A stretch of DNA of 64,000 nucleotides from Verrucomicrobiota bacterium (GCA_039815375.1 JBCBZJ010000013.1:1-64000); one strand, 5' to 3'. Shown: positions 29,419 to 45,464, counted from the first letter of the stretch. Notes: generated by a model not told the origin, from the letters alone. A program made the numbers and translations.

Positions 29419-30156
29419 TTAATTTAGAGTATGTTCTTTGCGGTAGCGCCCGGGCGACGTATTGAAGACTTTTTGAAATTCGCGCGAGAAATGGCTGTGA
29501 TCATAGAAACCAACCTCTTGGGCAATGTGGCTCAGGGTGGCCTCGGAGTTGATGAGTAATTGGCTGGCTCGGGTCAGGCGATAGCGAATCAGGAAACGTG
29601 ACGGTGTTTGCTGGAAGGCGAGGCGAAAGCGACGTTCAAACTGACTTACGGACAGGCCGGCAACCTGTGCGAGGTCAGTCATCTCAATCGCTTCAGCATA
29701 GTGTTCGCTGATGTAGTCGACCACGGAATTCATCCGGCGGTAGGGCTGCCAGGAAACGTCACTGCGCGCGAAGTCGCGCATACAGCCGATGATGCCGATG
29801 CAGTCGCCGCTCTGATCGTAAAGCGGAAATTTACTGGTGACGTGCCAAGAGATGGAGCCGTCCGCATTGGCCACCAGCTCAATTCTTCGTAGGATAGGTT
29901 CTCTGCTCTTTATGACCTGTTGGTCATCTTTTGCGTAGTGGCTAATCATGTAGCTTGGGAAGAAATCGTAGTCGGTCTTTCCCATGAGCTCTGCTTCCGA
30001 ATCGAGACCGAGTTTCTCGAGCTGGAGTTCGTTGGCGCCGATAAATCGACCTTCGCGGTCTTTCATGAAAAAGTATACGTCCCCGAGAGCAGAGAAGAGG
30101 GCTAGCACGCTGGATGGATCCAGCTTTTGGTGTAGGGAGCGATTAATTGAATTCAT
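29419..30156 (-). CDS. AraC-family regulator with N-terminal PAS domain
   Basis: YFFMKDREGRF...GKTDYDFF PAS; C-terminal IAQEVGFYDHSHFSREF HTH. Confidence 0.9.
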   Translation of the reverse strand: MNSINRSLHQKLDPSSVLALFSALGDVYFFMKDREGRFIGANELQLEKLGLDSEAELMGKTDYDFFPSYMISHYAKDDQQVIKSREPILRRIELVANADGSISWHVTSKFPLYDQSGDCIGIIGCMRDFARSDVSWQPYRRMNSVVDYISEHYAEAIEMTDLAQVAGLSVSQFERRFRLAFQQTPSRFLIRYRLTRASQLLINSEATLSHIAQEVGFYDHSHFSREFQKVFNTSPGRYRKEHTLN

Positions 30157-30243
30157 TTTTAAATGTTACGCCGAAAATATACACAAAAATGCTGGAAATT
30201 TCCAAGTTTTAGGTTGTTTCGATCTGATATTATTTTCTGCCCC

Positions 30244-31119
30244 ATGCGTTTTGGTCTAAATACCTTCTTAGTGAGCCCCGGATTTACCAGTGCAGATCTG
30301 GACATGATCCGGTTGTTCAAATCTTACGGTGCTGATGTGATCGAGCTTGCCTTAGTCGATCCGGAAGCTGTTAACGTCGCGAGCCTCAGAGGCGCGCTTG
30401 AAAAAGCGGAATTGGAGCGGCCTATTATTTGCGGTGCATTTGGCCCCGGGCGTGATTTGCGCGGTTCCCCTGAAGAGGTGAAGCAGTCTTCGGATTACAT
30501 CAACGAACTGATCGATATCGCGGTAGCGCTTGATTCGAAAATAGTCTGTGGCCCGATGTATTCAGAAACTGGTCGTTCCGGTGCACATACACAGCCAGAA
30601 AGAGCGGCGCAACTTGAGCAGATTACTCAAGCTTTGAAGCCTTTATGTGGCAGAGCAGAAGAGTCGGGTGTGATCCTCGCGGTGGAACCCCTGAACCGTT
30701 TTGAGACGGATTGCATCAATACTCTGGAGCAGACCGTAGACCTGATTGAGCAGGTCGGGAGCCCCGCTCTTAAGATTCATGCGGATACTTTCCACATGCA
30801 CATCGAGGAAGAGGACTCAGCAGGAGCAATTCTTAAATACGGCAAGCACATTGCCCACGTGCATGCCAGCGCGAGCCATCGCGGTTTGCTGGGCAAGGAT
30901 CAGGTGGATTGGAATGGCGTCTTAAAAGCTCTATTTGAAATTGGCTACGAAGGAGACATCGTGATCGAGAGTTTTTCGGAAGATAACAAAGTAATCGCGA
31001 AGGCTGCATCGATTTGGCGCAAACTTTACGACAGTCCGGAGCAGCTCGCGACAGAAGGCCTTCAGTTTTTGCACAAAACCTGTAATCAACTGTCTAATGA
31101 ATCTGTTTTGACTTCGTAA
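30244..31119 (+). CDS. Sugar phosphate isomerase/epimerase (D-psicose/tagatose 3-epimerase-like TIM barrel)
   Basis: VEPLNRFET, HADTFHMHIEE, HVHAS.SHRG, VIESF, AASIWR. Confidence 0.85.
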   Translation: MRFGLNTFLVSPGFTSADLDMIRLFKSYGADVIELALVDPEAVNVASLRGALEKAELERPIICGAFGPGRDLRGSPEEVKQSSDYINELIDIAVALDSKIVCGPMYSETGRSGAHTQPERAAQLEQITQALKPLCGRAEESGVILAVEPLNRFETDCINTLEQTVDLIEQVGSPALKIHADTFHMHIEEEDSAGAILKYGKHIAHVHASASHRGLLGKDQVDWNGVLKALFEIGYEGDIVIESFSEDNKVIAKAASIWRKLYDSPEQLATEGLQFLHKTCNQLSNESVLTS

Positions 31120-31128
31120 GCCCTCCCA

Positions 31129-32685
31129 ATGATTCGCTCTACCCCAGTCGAATTGAAAAACTATCTGCTCAGCTCGCTGTTAAGCGTTTGCCTTTCGGTG
31201 TGCTCAGCCTTTGCAGTGGATGGCTTCAAGCCGCTTTTTGATGGAGAGACGCTGAGCGGTTGGGATGGTGATCCGAAGTTCTGGCGTGTAGAAGATGGTG
31301 CGATTGTAGGTCAGACAACTCCTGAAAACCAAACCGAAGGAAACACTTTTTTGATTTGGGAAGGTGGCGAGCTGGAGGACTTTGAACTCAAGGTTGAGTT
31401 CAAGCTCGGTAATCATAACAGCGGCATTCAATACCGAAGCTTTCGGCTGGATGGCCAGCAATGGCGGGTCGGTGGATATCAGGCTGATATTTCAGAGAAG
31501 TCAAAATGGATGGGGGCAGCTTACGGCGAAAAATACAAGAAGTTGTTGGCTGGGCGAGGGGAGAAGACGGTTGTTGGAGCAACTGCAGAGGACAAGCAAG
31601 TCGTGGCTTATGTTGGCGATAGCGAGGAAATCCTCTCCCATATCGATATCAACGGCTGGAACGAATATCATATTATCGCACGCGGCAATCAATGCATTCA
31701 GAAGATAAACGGAGTGATCACTGCGGAGTTTTCCGAGTCAGAAGCGGATCGGCTGAAGTCCGGTTTGATTGCCTTGCAACTGCATTCAGGTCCACCGATG
31801 AAAGTTAGCTTCCGCAACATTGGTTTGCGCCGGTTGGATGATGAGAAGAGCGAAATCCTTTTTTTAGCGGGTAAGAAGAGCCATGGCTACGATGCGCACG
31901 AGCACCACGCCGGTTGCAGTCTGTTGGCCCGTTGCCTGAATGAGAGCAATCTTGATGTCAGTGCTCAGGTTGTGATGGAAGGCGCCTGGCCGGAGCCGTG
32001 GGTCGGCTACGATGAACCCGATGCGGTAGTTATGTATTGTGATGGCTTCAAGAAGCACATGGCAAAAGAGCATCAAGATAAAATACAGTCGCTTGTGGAT
32101 CGAGGTGTAGGTGTTGTCTGTCTACACTTTGCCACCGAGGTCGAGCCGAAGGAGCTGGGTTCGACCTTCCTTGACTGGATTGGCGGCTACTTTGAAATCG
32201 GCTGGTCCGTTAACCCGTATTGGGATGCAACTTTTGATGTTCTGCCTGAGCATCCGATCACCAATGGTGTGCAGCCTTTTACGATTCGTGACGAGTGGTA
32301 TTATCATATGCGTTTCCAACCTGAAATGGAAGGTGTGACGCCGATTCTTTCGGCCTTACCTCCGCTTAGAACCCTTACCTCAAGGTCGAAGAATAAAGAC
32401 CGTGGCAGCAATCCGACAGTAATGGCTGCTGTCGAGGCGGGTGAAAAGCAGCACGTTGCATGGGCTTATGAGCGGCCTAGCGGAGGGCGTGGCTTTGGCT
32501 TTACCGGAGGGCATTTCCATCAAAACTGGAAGCATGATGACTTCCGTAAGCTTATTTTGAATGCGCTCATCTGGACGGCTCAAACCGAAGTGCCTATTGA
32601 TGGAGTTGCTTCCCGCACGCCGAGTAAAATCGATATGGAATTGAATCAGGATTTCCCCGTTCCCGATAGGAAACAGAAGAAGTGA
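31129..32685 (+). CDS. Secreted DUF1080 (3-keto-glycoside hydratase-like) + ThuA-like fusion protein
   Basis: [37 protein letters not shown]-terminal SHGY..HEHHAG, HPITNGV, DEWYY, GFTGGH. Confidence 0.85.
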   Translation: MIRSTPVELKNYLLSSLLSVCLSVCSAFAVDGFKPLFDGETLSGWDGDPKFWRVEDGAIVGQTTPENQTEGNTFLIWEGGELEDFELKVEFKLGNHNSGIQYRSFRLDGQQWRVGGYQADISEKSKWMGAAYGEKYKKLLAGRGEKTVVGATAEDKQVVAYVGDSEEILSHIDINGWNEYHIIARGNQCIQKINGVITAEFSESEADRLKSGLIALQLHSGPPMKVSFRNIGLRRLDDEKSEILFLAGKKSHGYDAHEHHAGCSLLARCLNESNLDVSAQVVMEGAWPEPWVGYDEPDAVVMYCDGFKKHMAKEHQDKIQSLVDRGVGVVCLHFATEVEPKELGSTFLDWIGGYFEIGWSVNPYWDATFDVLPEHPITNGVQPFTIRDEWYYHMRFQPEMEGVTPILSALPPLRTLTSRSKNKDRGSNPTVMAAVEAGEKQHVAWAYERPSGGRGFGFTGGHFHQNWKHDDFRKLILNALIWTAQTEVPIDGVASRTPSKIDMELNQDFPVPDRKQKK

Positions 32686-32708
32686 TATCCAGGCCGGACT
32701 CTATTGCT

Positions 32709-33512
32709 ATGAAAATGACATCTATTCACAAACTCTACATCGTAGCAGTTGCATGCCTGTTTGCATGGAACATCACGTCCAGTGCCAACCCACAAGAAGG
32801 AGGGCCTGAACTGAAGGCTTTGCTTATTACCGGAGGTTGCTGCCATGACTATGACGAGCAACGTGAAATCCTGCCGATGGCAGTCGATCTCAAGTCGAAG
32901 CTGAAAGTCGAGTGGACGATTTACCATCAGCGCACGAAGGCGACGGACCGCTTGCTCGAACTCTATCGAAATCCGGATTGGGCAGAAGGCTACGACGTGA
33001 TTGTCCATAATGAGTGCTTTGGGAAGGTCGGAAAAGAAAACGAGGGTTTCATTGAAGGTATTCTAAAGCCCCATCGTGATGGAGTGCCGGCGGTTCTGGT
33101 GCATTGCTCGATGCATTCCTACCGCGGCGGTAAAAATCGTGAAGAGTGGTGGAAGTTCTGTGGGCTCCATACTCAAAAACATGGCCCAAAGCATCCTTTT
33201 GAAGTTCAAATCACAGCACCGAATCACGAAATCTTAAAAGGGATGGAAAATTGGACAACTCCACAAGGAGAGCTTTATTTCATTGATAAGACTTATCCAA
33301 CGATGACTCCGCTTGCCGAATCTAAATCGAACAAAACTGGTGAAATGCATACTAACATATGGGTTAATGCATTTGGCCCGAACAAGACCCGCGTCTTTGC
33401 GACTACTATTGGCCATCACAACGAAACCATGCTCCAAGACCAATATATGGAATTGTTTACCAGAGGCCTACTTTGGGCAGCAGGTAAGCCGGTCGCCGAC
33501 AATATTAACTAG
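32709..33512 (+). CDS. Secreted ThuA-like domain protein
   Basis: [45 protein letters not shown]. Confidence 0.8.
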   Translation: MKMTSIHKLYIVAVACLFAWNITSSANPQEGGPELKALLITGGCCHDYDEQREILPMAVDLKSKLKVEWTIYHQRTKATDRLLELYRNPDWAEGYDVIVHNECFGKVGKENEGFIEGILKPHRDGVPAVLVHCSMHSYRGGKNREEWWKFCGLHTQKHGPKHPFEVQITAPNHEILKGMENWTTPQGELYFIDKTYPTMTPLAESKSNKTGEMHTNIWVNAFGPNKTRVFATTIGHHNETMLQDQYMELFTRGLLWAAGKPVADNIN

Positions 33513-33538
33513 AAACCTAAGTGAGATTACCCAAAATT

Positions 33539-34879
<1,341 letters not shown>

Positions 34880-34954
34880 ATCCGTTCTATCTATTGGTCC
34901 TTTTATCGGGTGGCTCGGTGGTAACACCGAGCCACTCACTGTTTTAGCATCCGG

Positions 34955-36517
34955 ATGTTCTTTCACATGAATTGTAAATATCTAATCGGATTAACTTTGG
35001 CGGTCACAAATACCCTTTGGGCTGCGCCATCGAAGCCAAACGTGGTAATCCTTTACGGTGACGATGTCGGCTTCGCGGATATTGGGGTTAACGGTTCCAA
35101 ATTGATTCCGACACCCTATATCGACCAGCTTGCTGCAGAGGGGATTAATTTCACGGATGGCCATTGCCCGGGTGCGACCTGTTCCGCATCGCGTTATGCG
35201 ATGCTGACCGGACGTCTGGCTGTTCGGAAGAATGTCAGAATCATCAGCCCAACCGGTGGCATGCCGATTACATTGGAGGACTACACCTTGCCGAAGCTTT
35301 TCCGCGATGCTGGCTATGCCACCTCGGTGATTGGCAAATGGCACCTCGGACTTGGTTTCCCGGGTGAGAGCGTAGACTGGAATGGCGAGGTGAAGCCGGG
35401 GCCGCTGGAGATCGGATTTGATTATTCTTTTTTAGTGCCGAGCACGAATGACCGTGTGCCTTGTGTGTATCTGGAAAATCACCGGGTGGTAAACCTCGAT
35501 CCGGCCGACCCTATTTCGCTCGGCCAGCCCATCAGTCCGGACCAGACCGTCTATCCGGATGGACGGAAGAACCCCGAGGCCATGACTTACTACCCCAGCT
35601 CACATGGCCACAACGCCACTGTGATCAATGGTATCGGCCGTATCGGGGTGATGTATGGCGGCAAGAGTGCACTGTGGGATGACGAGACCATGGGGGATGT
35701 CTTTCTTGAGAAAACCGAAGATTGGCTCGATGCGCATCTGGCCAAGAATGCAGATCAGCCCTTTTTCCTTTACCTGCCCTCGCAGATGATCCACGTGCCA
35801 CGCGCACCGCATCCACGCTTTCAGGGCGCGACTAAGCTCGGCTACCGCGGTGATGCGATGGTGGAATACGATCATTCCGTCGGCGCGGTCCGTAAGATGC
35901 TGGAAGCGCGCGGCCTCACCAAGGACACAATCGTCATTTTCTCGTCCGACAACGGGCCGGTCTACGACGATGGCTATCAAGACGGAACGGTCGTGAAAAC
36001 CTCCACAGAAGAGGTCGATCAGGGCCACGATGCCTCGGGGCCATTTCGAGGCGGTAAATACCAGATCTATGAAGGGGGCAACCGTGTGCCGTTTATCGTG
36101 AGCTGGCCCGGCACGATCAAGCCCGGCACTTCCAAGGCTCTGGTCAGTCATACTGATTTTATCCGTTCCTTTGCTGAGCTCCTTGGTCTTGAATTGCCCG
36201 AGGGCGCTGCGCCCGATAGTCTCAACTCGATGGATGCCCTGCTTGGCCAGGGAGAGGGGAATCGTTATCTTATACAGGAACACAGCCACCAACTGGCACT
36301 GCGTGATGGTGATTGGAAGCTGATCCGCCTTTCGAATAAAGGACGCAAAAATAAGGGAAAGATCGAGGTAAGCTATGCTTTGTATAATCTGGCCGAAGAT
36401 ATTGGTGAGCAGAACGATATTCTTAAGCAGCACCCGGAGCGTGCTGATGAGATGAAGGTGCTGCTGGATTCAATCTACGAAGGCCGGGAAGTGAGCAAAG
36501 TCTTCGCTGACCAATAG
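34955..36517 (+). CDS. Formylglycine-dependent (S1) sulfatase
   Basis: PNVVILYGDD, TCSASR.AMLTG, IGKWHLG, SSDNG, RGGK..IYEGG.RVPFI. Confidence 0.92.
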   Translation: MFFHMNCKYLIGLTLAVTNTLWAAPSKPNVVILYGDDVGFADIGVNGSKLIPTPYIDQLAAEGINFTDGHCPGATCSASRYAMLTGRLAVRKNVRIISPTGGMPITLEDYTLPKLFRDAGYATSVIGKWHLGLGFPGESVDWNGEVKPGPLEIGFDYSFLVPSTNDRVPCVYLENHRVVNLDPADPISLGQPISPDQTVYPDGRKNPEAMTYYPSSHGHNATVINGIGRIGVMYGGKSALWDDETMGDVFLEKTEDWLDAHLAKNADQPFFLYLPSQMIHVPRAPHPRFQGATKLGYRGDAMVEYDHSVGAVRKMLEARGLTKDTIVIFSSDNGPVYDDGYQDGTVVKTSTEEVDQGHDASGPFRGGKYQIYEGGNRVPFIVSWPGTIKPGTSKALVSHTDFIRSFAELLGLELPEGAAPDSLNSMDALLGQGEGNRYLIQEHSHQLALRDGDWKLIRLSNKGRKNKGKIEVSYALYNLAEDIGEQNDILKQHPERADEMKVLLDSIYEGREVSKVFADQ

Positions 36518-36832
36518 CTTCAGGTCTCTCGGTGGCCAGCTCAGTTCAAGTGTGTTGCCACCATGTATTTCGCGATACGAGAGAAGTAAATTAACACTTT
36601 TAGCAATTTATTGGCCACACTCTTAGGAAGATAATCTATTACTAAGTGACTTTCAGAACTGGAATTTTTGCTCGCGAGTTCCCTTTGCATGCGCATTCCT
36701 TCTCGAGTCAGCAGACTGTTTCCATCAACGCCTACGATGCCTTGATTCCCGATATGACTAATTCCGATAGCTGCTGTGGTGGAGTGTGCTCTCAATCATG
36801 CGACGATTAAAATCAGTGATGAATAAGCCTGT

Positions 36833-37438
36833 ATGGCGTGTGCTTTTCTTGTGAAAGTAGGGCTCACAGGTGGAATTGGATGCGGGAAGTCGACGGTTGT
36901 TGGCTTATTTCGAAATGCCGGTTGGCAGGCCTTGGAGTCGGATCAGATTGTTAGGGACCTTCTCGCGACAGACCCGGTTATTAAGGAAGCTATTCGAAAA
37001 CGTTGGGGTGGTGAGGTGATTCTGGAAAAAGGTGGGGTGAATCGGCGTGCCGTTGCGGAGCATGTCTTTGCCAATAAAAATGATTTGCTCTGGCTTGAAT
37101 CTCTCCTGCACCCGCTCGTTCGTAGTGCATGGCAGGGGGAGGTCGCATCGCGGCCCGATGTGAATTGGTTGGTGGAGATTCCCTTACTCTTTGAAAAAAG
37201 TCTTGAAACTGTCTTCGATTTAACTGTGTGTGTTTCCAGTCCTCCCGATGTGGTCGAAACCCGAATGGCGGCCCGAGGTTACACGGGAGAGGAAGTCGAT
37301 CGCCGTCGTCAACGGCAGATGCCCCTCGAAGACAAGATGCGACTTGCCGACCACGTAATTACCAATGCTGGCAGCCTAGAATTTCTCGAACAACAAACCA
37401 AGCGCCTGATTGCGCAGATCTCTGGCATACAGTCCTGA
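36833..37438 (+). CDS. coaE: Dephospho-CoA kinase
   Basis: GLTGGIGCGKSTV, LLHPLV, EIPLLFE. Confidence 0.95.
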   Translation: MACAFLVKVGLTGGIGCGKSTVVGLFRNAGWQALESDQIVRDLLATDPVIKEAIRKRWGGEVILEKGGVNRRAVAEHVFANKNDLLWLESLLHPLVRSAWQGEVASRPDVNWLVEIPLLFEKSLETVFDLTVCVSSPPDVVETRMAARGYTGEEVDRRRQRQMPLEDKMRLADHVITNAGSLEFLEQQTKRLIAQISGIQS

Positions 37439-37480
37439 AGAATTCAGGTCGTGTGCGTGTCTTGAGATCACACATCTGCT

Positions 37481-39256
37481 ATGAGCACCGAAGAAGAAAA
37501 TACGACCCAAGTCCCTGAAAACAAGGAGCTTGCTCTAGAGACTCCCCCGAAGAAAGTTGCGGCAAAGAAAGCGGCAAAGAAGGCAGCAAAGAAACGGGCA
37601 CGGAAAGCTGCGAGCGAAGCGCCGGTGCCGGTCGGCTCAAGCGATGACGAAGTCACATTCAGCGCTGATATCGTGGTCGATGAGGGCGAACCTAAAGAGG
37701 CCCCTGCCGCCGCTGAACCTGCGGAAGCACCGCGCAAAAAAGAAGGACAACAAAATGGCCAACAGCATGGCCAGGATCGTCAGAAGGGTAACAAATTTAA
37801 ACACAATAAGAATAACAAGCGAGGCAAGCCGCGCGGAAAGAATAAGAATTGGCAGAATAAGAACCGCCAGCGTAACCGTGAAGAAGAGACGCCGATTGAG
37901 TTTGGCGAGCTGCTGGAATGGGAACTTCTGGAGAAGTTTGAAGAGGTCGAGGCACTTGCCGCAGGGCTAAAGGACGGTGGCGGTGAAGCCCTCGACTACA
38001 ATCACATTTACAACATGGGCTTGACTGAGCTTCGGGGCGAAGCGACTGCGCTTGATGTGGATGTGGGCCATCATGCCCCGAACCGCGACCAGTTGATCAA
38101 CGCTATTGTGAAGCAGGCAGCCGATGCGAAGTCCGCCGTCTATTCGACCGGTGTGCTTGAGTTTCTTGATGATGACGAAGGCGGTCTCCTGGTTTATGAG
38201 CGGGATAGTTACCGTGTGAAATCACTCAGTGCCTATGTGCCGCAGGTTTTCATTGAGCGCTTCGGTTTGAAGCGCGGGCACATTGTCCGGGCGCAACTGC
38301 ACCCCCATCGCGATGGCGAGTCCTGCCCATTTGTTGTCAGCATCCAAAGTGTCATGGATCGCGATCCGGAAACATTGAGCGAGATTGTTCCATTTACCGA
38401 GCGTGTGCCTTACTATCCGACTGAGCGTATTTTGATGGAGTCCGATACGGACGCGAAGTGGGATAATCTTTCCATGCGTGTGGTGGATTGTCTGACACCG
38501 GTTGGTTTTGGCCAGCGTGGGCTGATTGTTGCTCCGCCGCGCACCGGTAAGACTGTTCTCATGCAGGGCATGGCGAACTCGATTCAGAAGAATTACCCTG
38601 AAGCGCACCTTATCATTTTGCTGATCGACGAGCGCCCCGAAGAAGTAACTGACTTTCGTCGCCAGGTTCACGGCGAAGTGATTAGCTCTACTTTTGATGA
38701 GACAGCTGAGAGCCATGTTCATGCTGCGGAAATGGTCATCGAGAAGGCTCGCCGCATGGTCGAGGTAGGTAAAGATGTCGTCATTCTACTGGACTCGATT
38801 ACGCGTCTTGCGCGGGCCTACAACACAACCATGCCGAACAGTGGCAAGATTCTCTCCGGTGGTGTCGAAGCCAACGCTCTGCAAAAACCAAAGCGCTTCT
38901 TCGGTTCCGCGCGTAACATTGAGGACGGAGGTAGTCTCACAATTATCGCAACGGCACTGGTGGAGACTGGGAGTAAGATGGATGAGGTGATTTTCGAGGA
39001 ATTCAAGGGCACCGGCAATATGGAGCTGCACCTCGATCGCGGGCTCTCTGACAAACGTATTTTCCCGGCTCTCAGCATGGATAAGAGTGGCACCCGCAAG
39101 GAGGAATTGCTCTATCATCCGGACGAGATGTTGAAAATTTATTCGTTGCGCAGGGCGATGAAAGGCCTACCTTCCACAGATGCTATGGAAATGCTTATCC
39201 AGCGTATCAAGAAGACGAAGACGAACGCTGAATTTTTGATGAGTGTTGCCCGTTAG
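37481..39256 (+). CDS. rho: Transcription termination factor Rho with a low-complexity N-terminal extension
   Basis: [47 protein letters not shown]. Confidence 0.97.
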   Translation: MSTEEENTTQVPENKELALETPPKKVAAKKAAKKAAKKRARKAASEAPVPVGSSDDEVTFSADIVVDEGEPKEAPAAAEPAEAPRKKEGQQNGQQHGQDRQKGNKFKHNKNNKRGKPRGKNKNWQNKNRQRNREEETPIEFGELLEWELLEKFEEVEALAAGLKDGGGEALDYNHIYNMGLTELRGEATALDVDVGHHAPNRDQLINAIVKQAADAKSAVYSTGVLEFLDDDEGGLLVYERDSYRVKSLSAYVPQVFIERFGLKRGHIVRAQLHPHRDGESCPFVVSIQSVMDRDPETLSEIVPFTERVPYYPTERILMESDTDAKWDNLSMRVVDCLTPVGFGQRGLIVAPPRTGKTVLMQGMANSIQKNYPEAHLIILLIDERPEEVTDFRRQVHGEVISSTFDETAESHVHAAEMVIEKARRMVEVGKDVVILLDSITRLARAYNTTMPNSGKILSGGVEANALQKPKRFFGSARNIEDGGSLTIIATALVETGSKMDEVIFEEFKGTGNMELHLDRGLSDKRIFPALSMDKSGTRKEELLYHPDEMLKIYSLRRAMKGLPSTDAMEMLIQRIKKTKTNAEFLMSVAR

Positions 39257-39298
39257 TTCCATGTGTTCAAACCCACCCCCCGAAATACATAAAATTCT

Positions 39299-41029
<1,731 letters not shown>

Positions 41030-41051
41030 AGATAATTTTTAAAGAAATCCG

Positions 41052-42131
41052 ATGAGCTACGAAATGAACGACCTTCTGGAACTGATGGTAGATCAGGGAG
41101 CATCGGATTTGCATATTCAGGTCAAGCAACCGCCGACCCTACGTATCAGTGGCACGATGGTGCCTGTGCAGGGCCCGCTTCTCAGCGACAAGGATACCGA
41201 GGACCTGATGAAGGCGATCACCTCCAGCTCTAATCAAGAAAAGTTGAAGACGACTGGTGGTGCTGATTTCGGTTTTGCTTTTCAGGAAAAGGCGCGCTTT
41301 CGCGTCAGTGTGCTACGTGCAAAAGGCGCTTACGGTATGGTTTTGCGTCAGATTCCGAACGAGCTCTTTACTCTGAGCAGAATAGGTCTTCCGGATAAGA
41401 TCAAAGAGCTGATTAGTCGGCCACGTGGTCTTATATTGGTGACTGGGCCAACCGGATCTGGAAAATCGACTACACTCGCATCCATGATTAACTGGATTAA
41501 CGAGCACTGCGACGGGCATATCATTACGATCGAGGATCCGATCGAGTATTTCCATGACCATAATAAATGCATCGTCACCCAGCGTGAAGTGGGTAATGAC
41601 GTCGGTTCTTTCTCCGATGCGATTCGAGGTGCATTGCGTCAGGACCCCGATGTTATTCTGGTTGGTGAGATGCGAGATCTGGAAACTATTCAAGCGGCGG
41701 TAGGGGCTGCTGAAACGGGACACCTCGTTTTCGCAACACTTCACACCACCGGTGCGGCTCGCACGGTAGACCGCATTGTGGATGCTTTCCCCGCAGACAT
41801 GAAGGACCAGATGCGCACCCAGCTGGCCTCCTCCATTGTGGCGGTTATCTCGCAAGTACTCTGTAAGAAGAAAAGCGGTGGCCGTATCGCATCTTTCGAG
41901 ATCATGGTGACGACGACTTCGGTTGCACAGCTCATTCGTGAAAATAAGACCTATCGAATCGCGTCTGACATCCAGACCGGTGCCGTGCATGGCATGATCG
42001 GCTTAGATGCTCACTTACTCGGCCTTTTTAACCGCGACCTGATTACTGCAGACGAAGCTCTGTCAAAATCACAAACCCCTGGCCCCATGCGCGACAAACT
42101 GATCGAGTGTGGAGCCGTTTTCGATACCTGA
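41052..42131 (+). CDS. pilT: Type IV pilus retraction ATPase PilT
   Basis: [52 protein letters not shown]. Confidence 0.9.
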   Translation: MSYEMNDLLELMVDQGASDLHIQVKQPPTLRISGTMVPVQGPLLSDKDTEDLMKAITSSSNQEKLKTTGGADFGFAFQEKARFRVSVLRAKGAYGMVLRQIPNELFTLSRIGLPDKIKELISRPRGLILVTGPTGSGKSTTLASMINWINEHCDGHIITIEDPIEYFHDHNKCIVTQREVGNDVGSFSDAIRGALRQDPDVILVGEMRDLETIQAAVGAAETGHLVFATLHTTGAARTVDRIVDAFPADMKDQMRTQLASSIVAVISQVLCKKKSGGRIASFEIMVTTTSVAQLIRENKTYRIASDIQTGAVHGMIGLDAHLLGLFNRDLITADEALSKSQTPGPMRDKLIECGAVFDT

Positions 42132-42165
42132 CCTTTTTAATTCTGGATACCTGGCAAACTCCCCG

Positions 42166-43854
42166 ATGTTCGAAGATCACAACGACACCGTATACGACAT
42201 TATCAAGTCCGCTGACTTGCTTGATCCTGCTCAACTTGAAGAGTTGAATGAATCACACCTGCACACTGGAAAGTCACTGGCCGACGCGGTAGTGGATTCT
42301 GGAGTGGTGGATCGGGGGGCCATTCTCGCCTCCATTGCCAATTTCCTTGGTTACGAGTATCTGCCCGAACCGCCACAGGTCATTGGAGAGGAGATTGCTT
42401 CTTCCGTCCGTTCCAGTGTTGCCCGGATGTATGCGGTCGTTCCCTATAATGTGGACGATACTTCGATTTCTCTGCTCGCGAAGGACCCCTTTAATGCTGC
42501 GGTGATCGACGACCTGACTTTCACCCTCAACAAAGACGTGACGATTGTGGTCTGCAACCCGGACTCTATCGACCAGCTGATCACCGCTACTTACGGAGAG
42601 GAAGACTCTTCAATTGATGATATCCTGGGTGATCTTGGGGAGACTTTCACTGAGTCGGAGGAGGATCTATCAGAAGGAGATTTAGCTGATTTGGCCAATC
42701 AAACGCCTATCATCCGCTTTGTAAATCTCGTCCTTCAGCAGGCGATTAAGGACAAGGCCTCCGATATTCATTTTGAGCCTTTTGAAGATCAATTCCGTAT
42801 CCGTTACCGAATCGATGGTGCGCTCTACGAAATGGCACCACCGCCGCGTAATCTCGCAGTGCCTGTGACCTCTCGTGTTAAGGTGCTCTCCAATATGAAC
42901 ATTTCGGAGACGCGTATCCCTCAGGACGGACGGATTAAGATGACCATCGCCGGTCGCCCTGTAGACCTTCGTGTTTCCACGCTACCGACTCAGTTTGGTG
43001 AGAGTGTGGTGCTTCGTGTTCTTGATAAATCCGTGGTTAATCTCGACCTTGAGGCGCTCAGTTTACCGGATGACATTCTGCACAGTATTCGTGATCTGGT
43101 TGATCGTCCGAACGGCATCTTTATTGTAACGGGCCCGACTGGTTCCGGTAAAACAACGACACTGTACAGCGCGCTTCGCGAAGTGAATCATGTCGAGACC
43201 AAGATTCTGACCGCCGAGGATCCGGTCGAATATGAGATCGACGGGATCATGCAGGTTGCAGTCAACCACCAGGTCGGTCTTGATTTTGCGCGCGCGCTCC
43301 GGGCCTTCCTTCGTCAAGACCCCGATAAGATCATGGTTGGGGAGATTCGTGATCTGGAAACGGCACAAATCGCGGTTCAAGCTTCGCTCACTGGTCACGT
43401 GGTGCTTAGCACGCTTCACACGAACGATGCGCCGGGTGCGGTGACTCGCCTCATCGACATGGGCCTTGAGCCTTTTCTCATTTCAGCTTCTCTCGAAGCG
43501 ATCCTGGCGCAACGTCTCGTGCGCCGGATCTGCCCGGCCTGCCGCACGGCTTATGAGCCGAGCCAAGAGCTTATCGATATGCTTGATGTCGATCCGCTCG
43601 AGATTGCTGACAAGGATTTCTATTATGGAGAAGGCTGTCCAGAGTGTAGCAATACCGGCTATCGCGGACGTATTGGTCTCTTCGAAATGATCGTGGTTTC
43701 CGATGCAATTCGCGAGCTGATCAACCAACGTGCCCCTACGTTGGCAATCAAGCAAAAAGCTCTTGAGCAGGGCATGAGAAGCTTGCGTGACGACGGTCTG
43801 CGCGCCATTTTTGATGGCAATTCTACCATCGAGGAAGTCCTCAAATATACTTAA
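42166..43854 (+). CDS. pilB: PilB/GspE-family assembly ATPase (copy 2)
   Basis: [32 protein letters not shown], Zn-binding Cys pairs. Confidence 0.88.
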   Translation: MFEDHNDTVYDIIKSADLLDPAQLEELNESHLHTGKSLADAVVDSGVVDRGAILASIANFLGYEYLPEPPQVIGEEIASSVRSSVARMYAVVPYNVDDTSISLLAKDPFNAAVIDDLTFTLNKDVTIVVCNPDSIDQLITATYGEEDSSIDDILGDLGETFTESEEDLSEGDLADLANQTPIIRFVNLVLQQAIKDKASDIHFEPFEDQFRIRYRIDGALYEMAPPPRNLAVPVTSRVKVLSNMNISETRIPQDGRIKMTIAGRPVDLRVSTLPTQFGESVVLRVLDKSVVNLDLEALSLPDDILHSIRDLVDRPNGIFIVTGPTGSGKTTTLYSALREVNHVETKILTAEDPVEYEIDGIMQVAVNHQVGLDFARALRAFLRQDPDKIMVGEIRDLETAQIAVQASLTGHVVLSTLHTNDAPGAVTRLIDMGLEPFLISASLEAILAQRLVRRICPACRTAYEPSQELIDMLDVDPLEIADKDFYYGEGCPECSNTGYRGRIGLFEMIVVSDAIRELINQRAPTLAIKQKALEQGMRSLRDDGLRAIFDGNSTIEEVLKYT

Positions 43855-43867
43855 TTCAGATTCCCCA

Positions 43868-45118
43868 ATGCCAAAATTCAAATATACCGCGATTGACGCT
43901 AACGGCAAACAAAAGAGTGGCACGGTTGAGGCTGAGAGCCAAGACGAGGCCAGTTCGAAATTGAGTGCCACTGGCCTGATGCCGACTAAGATTGCTGCCG
44001 CGGGTGGCAGCAGCAAGGCGGTTAAAAAGACCAAAGCCGTAAGTAAGAGCAAAAAAATCGGAGGATTCGGCAAGGTCATTAAGCCTGAGGAATTGACCAC
44101 CTTCACCCGCCAGTTGGCGACGCTGCTTCAGGCAGGTTTGCCGTTGCTGCGCGCTATTGAGGTCATGATTCGTCAGGAAAAGAATCTACGTTTCCAGGCG
44201 GTGCTGGAACAGATTGCCGATCAAGTGAAGTCGGGAAATTCCTTCTCGGACGGGCTCAGCCAACACCCGAAGATTTTTGACCGTCTTTTTGTGAACATGG
44301 TGCGTGCCGGTGAAGCGGGTGGCGTGCTTGATGTGGTGCTTTCGCGTCTTGCTGGCTTTATGGAAAAGGCCCTGAAGACCAAGAAAAAGGTGAAGTCTGC
44401 AATGGTTTATCCGATTGTTGTCGTCGGTGTGGCAATATCGATTGTGGCACTCCTGATGGTTGTCGTGGTTCCGAAGTTCCAGACCATTTTTGATGACATG
44501 CTTGAGGGTGCCGCGTTGCCTGGACCCACACAATTAGTGATCGGTGTCAGTAACTTCATGCAGCAGAACATTCTGCTGAGTATCGGTATTGTGGTCGCGT
44601 TGTTCTTCGGCTTTAAGTTTTTCCTCAGGACTTCGGTGGGTTCGAAGATTTTCAACTGGTGCTCGATCAACGTGCCTAAGGTTGGGGATCTTGTCCGCAA
44701 AGTGAATATCGCTCGCATCACCCGGACCTTCGGAACACTTCTTTCCAGCGGTGTGCCCATCCTTCAGTCGATCACCATCACAAAGGACATTACGGGTAAC
44801 GCATTCTATGCCAGCGCATTGGATCGTATACACGACAGCGTTCGCGACGGAGAGTCGCTTGCTGCGCCGATGGAGCGCGAGTCGGTTTTTCCAAATATGG
44901 TTACCAGCATGGTCGATGTTGGTGAAGAGACCGGTGAGTTGGCAGAAATGCTCAACCGCATTGCAGATAACTACGACGAAGATGTGGATAATGCTGTGGC
45001 CGGGATCACTTCTATTATTGAGCCGGTCATGATCGTGTTCCTCGCCGTTGTGGTTGGCTTCATCGTCATCGCGCTCTTTCTGCCGATTGTCGAAATCATC
45101 AAACAGCTTACGGGCTGA
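43868..45118 (+). CDS. pilC: Type IV pilus/T2SS inner-membrane platform protein PilC/GspF
   Basis: [39 protein letters not shown]. Confidence 0.92.
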   Translation: MPKFKYTAIDANGKQKSGTVEAESQDEASSKLSATGLMPTKIAAAGGSSKAVKKTKAVSKSKKIGGFGKVIKPEELTTFTRQLATLLQAGLPLLRAIEVMIRQEKNLRFQAVLEQIADQVKSGNSFSDGLSQHPKIFDRLFVNMVRAGEAGGVLDVVLSRLAGFMEKALKTKKKVKSAMVYPIVVVGVAISIVALLMVVVVPKFQTIFDDMLEGAALPGPTQLVIGVSNFMQQNILLSIGIVVALFFGFKFFLRTSVGSKIFNWCSINVPKVGDLVRKVNIARITRTFGTLLSSGVPILQSITITKDITGNAFYASALDRIHDSVRDGESLAAPMERESVFPNMVTSMVDVGEETGELAEMLNRIADNYDEDVDNAVAGITSIIEPVMIVFLAVVVGFIVIALFLPIVEIIKQLTG

Positions 45119-45144
45119 TCTTCGATCTTACCTACCCCAATATG

Positions 45145-45182
45145 GAAACGCAGCTTCGGACGAGGCTGCGTTTCTTTATTTC
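45145..45182 (+). terminator. Intrinsic terminator after pilC
   Basis: GAAACGCAGCTTCG / CGAGGCTGCGTTTC followed by TTTATTT. Confidence 0.75.
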
Positions 45183-45215
45183 AATCATCTTATCGACTCT
45201 AGTCATATTGCCTTC

Positions 45216-45460
45216 ATGAAAAACGATTTCCGAAGGTTGGCTGAAAGCTAAGATGCTCGCTCATTTTTGCGAAGTTGAATCGACGGGCGAGCCTTTGATT
45301 GTAACGGACCATGGTCGAGGTGGGCCCGATCCGGCCCAAGCCAACGAAGACATTCGAGGTATTGGAAGCCTACCGTTCCGGTGGAAGAACCGTTGTGAGG
45401 ATTCCGGAGGAAATCGAGCTACTCGAGCCGTTGGAGGCGGATAATTGGGAGGCCCTTCAG
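45216..45460 (+). pseudogene. Frameshifted Phd/YefM-type antitoxin
   Basis: Reconstructed across frameshifts: MK/TISEGWLKAKMLAHFCEVESTGEPLIVTDHG/...LLEPLEADNWEAL. Confidence 0.65.
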
Positions 45461-45464
45461 GAGC

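Noticed and set aside
36738..36749. 12-bp match (TGCCTTGATTCC) to the CRISPR repeat in an intergenic region
   Set aside because: A match this short is plausible by chance in 64 kb; no flanking array or tracr-like structure
37481..37900. K/A- and N/K/Q-rich N-terminal extension of Rho
   Set aside because: Low-complexity Rho extensions are well known in many phyla
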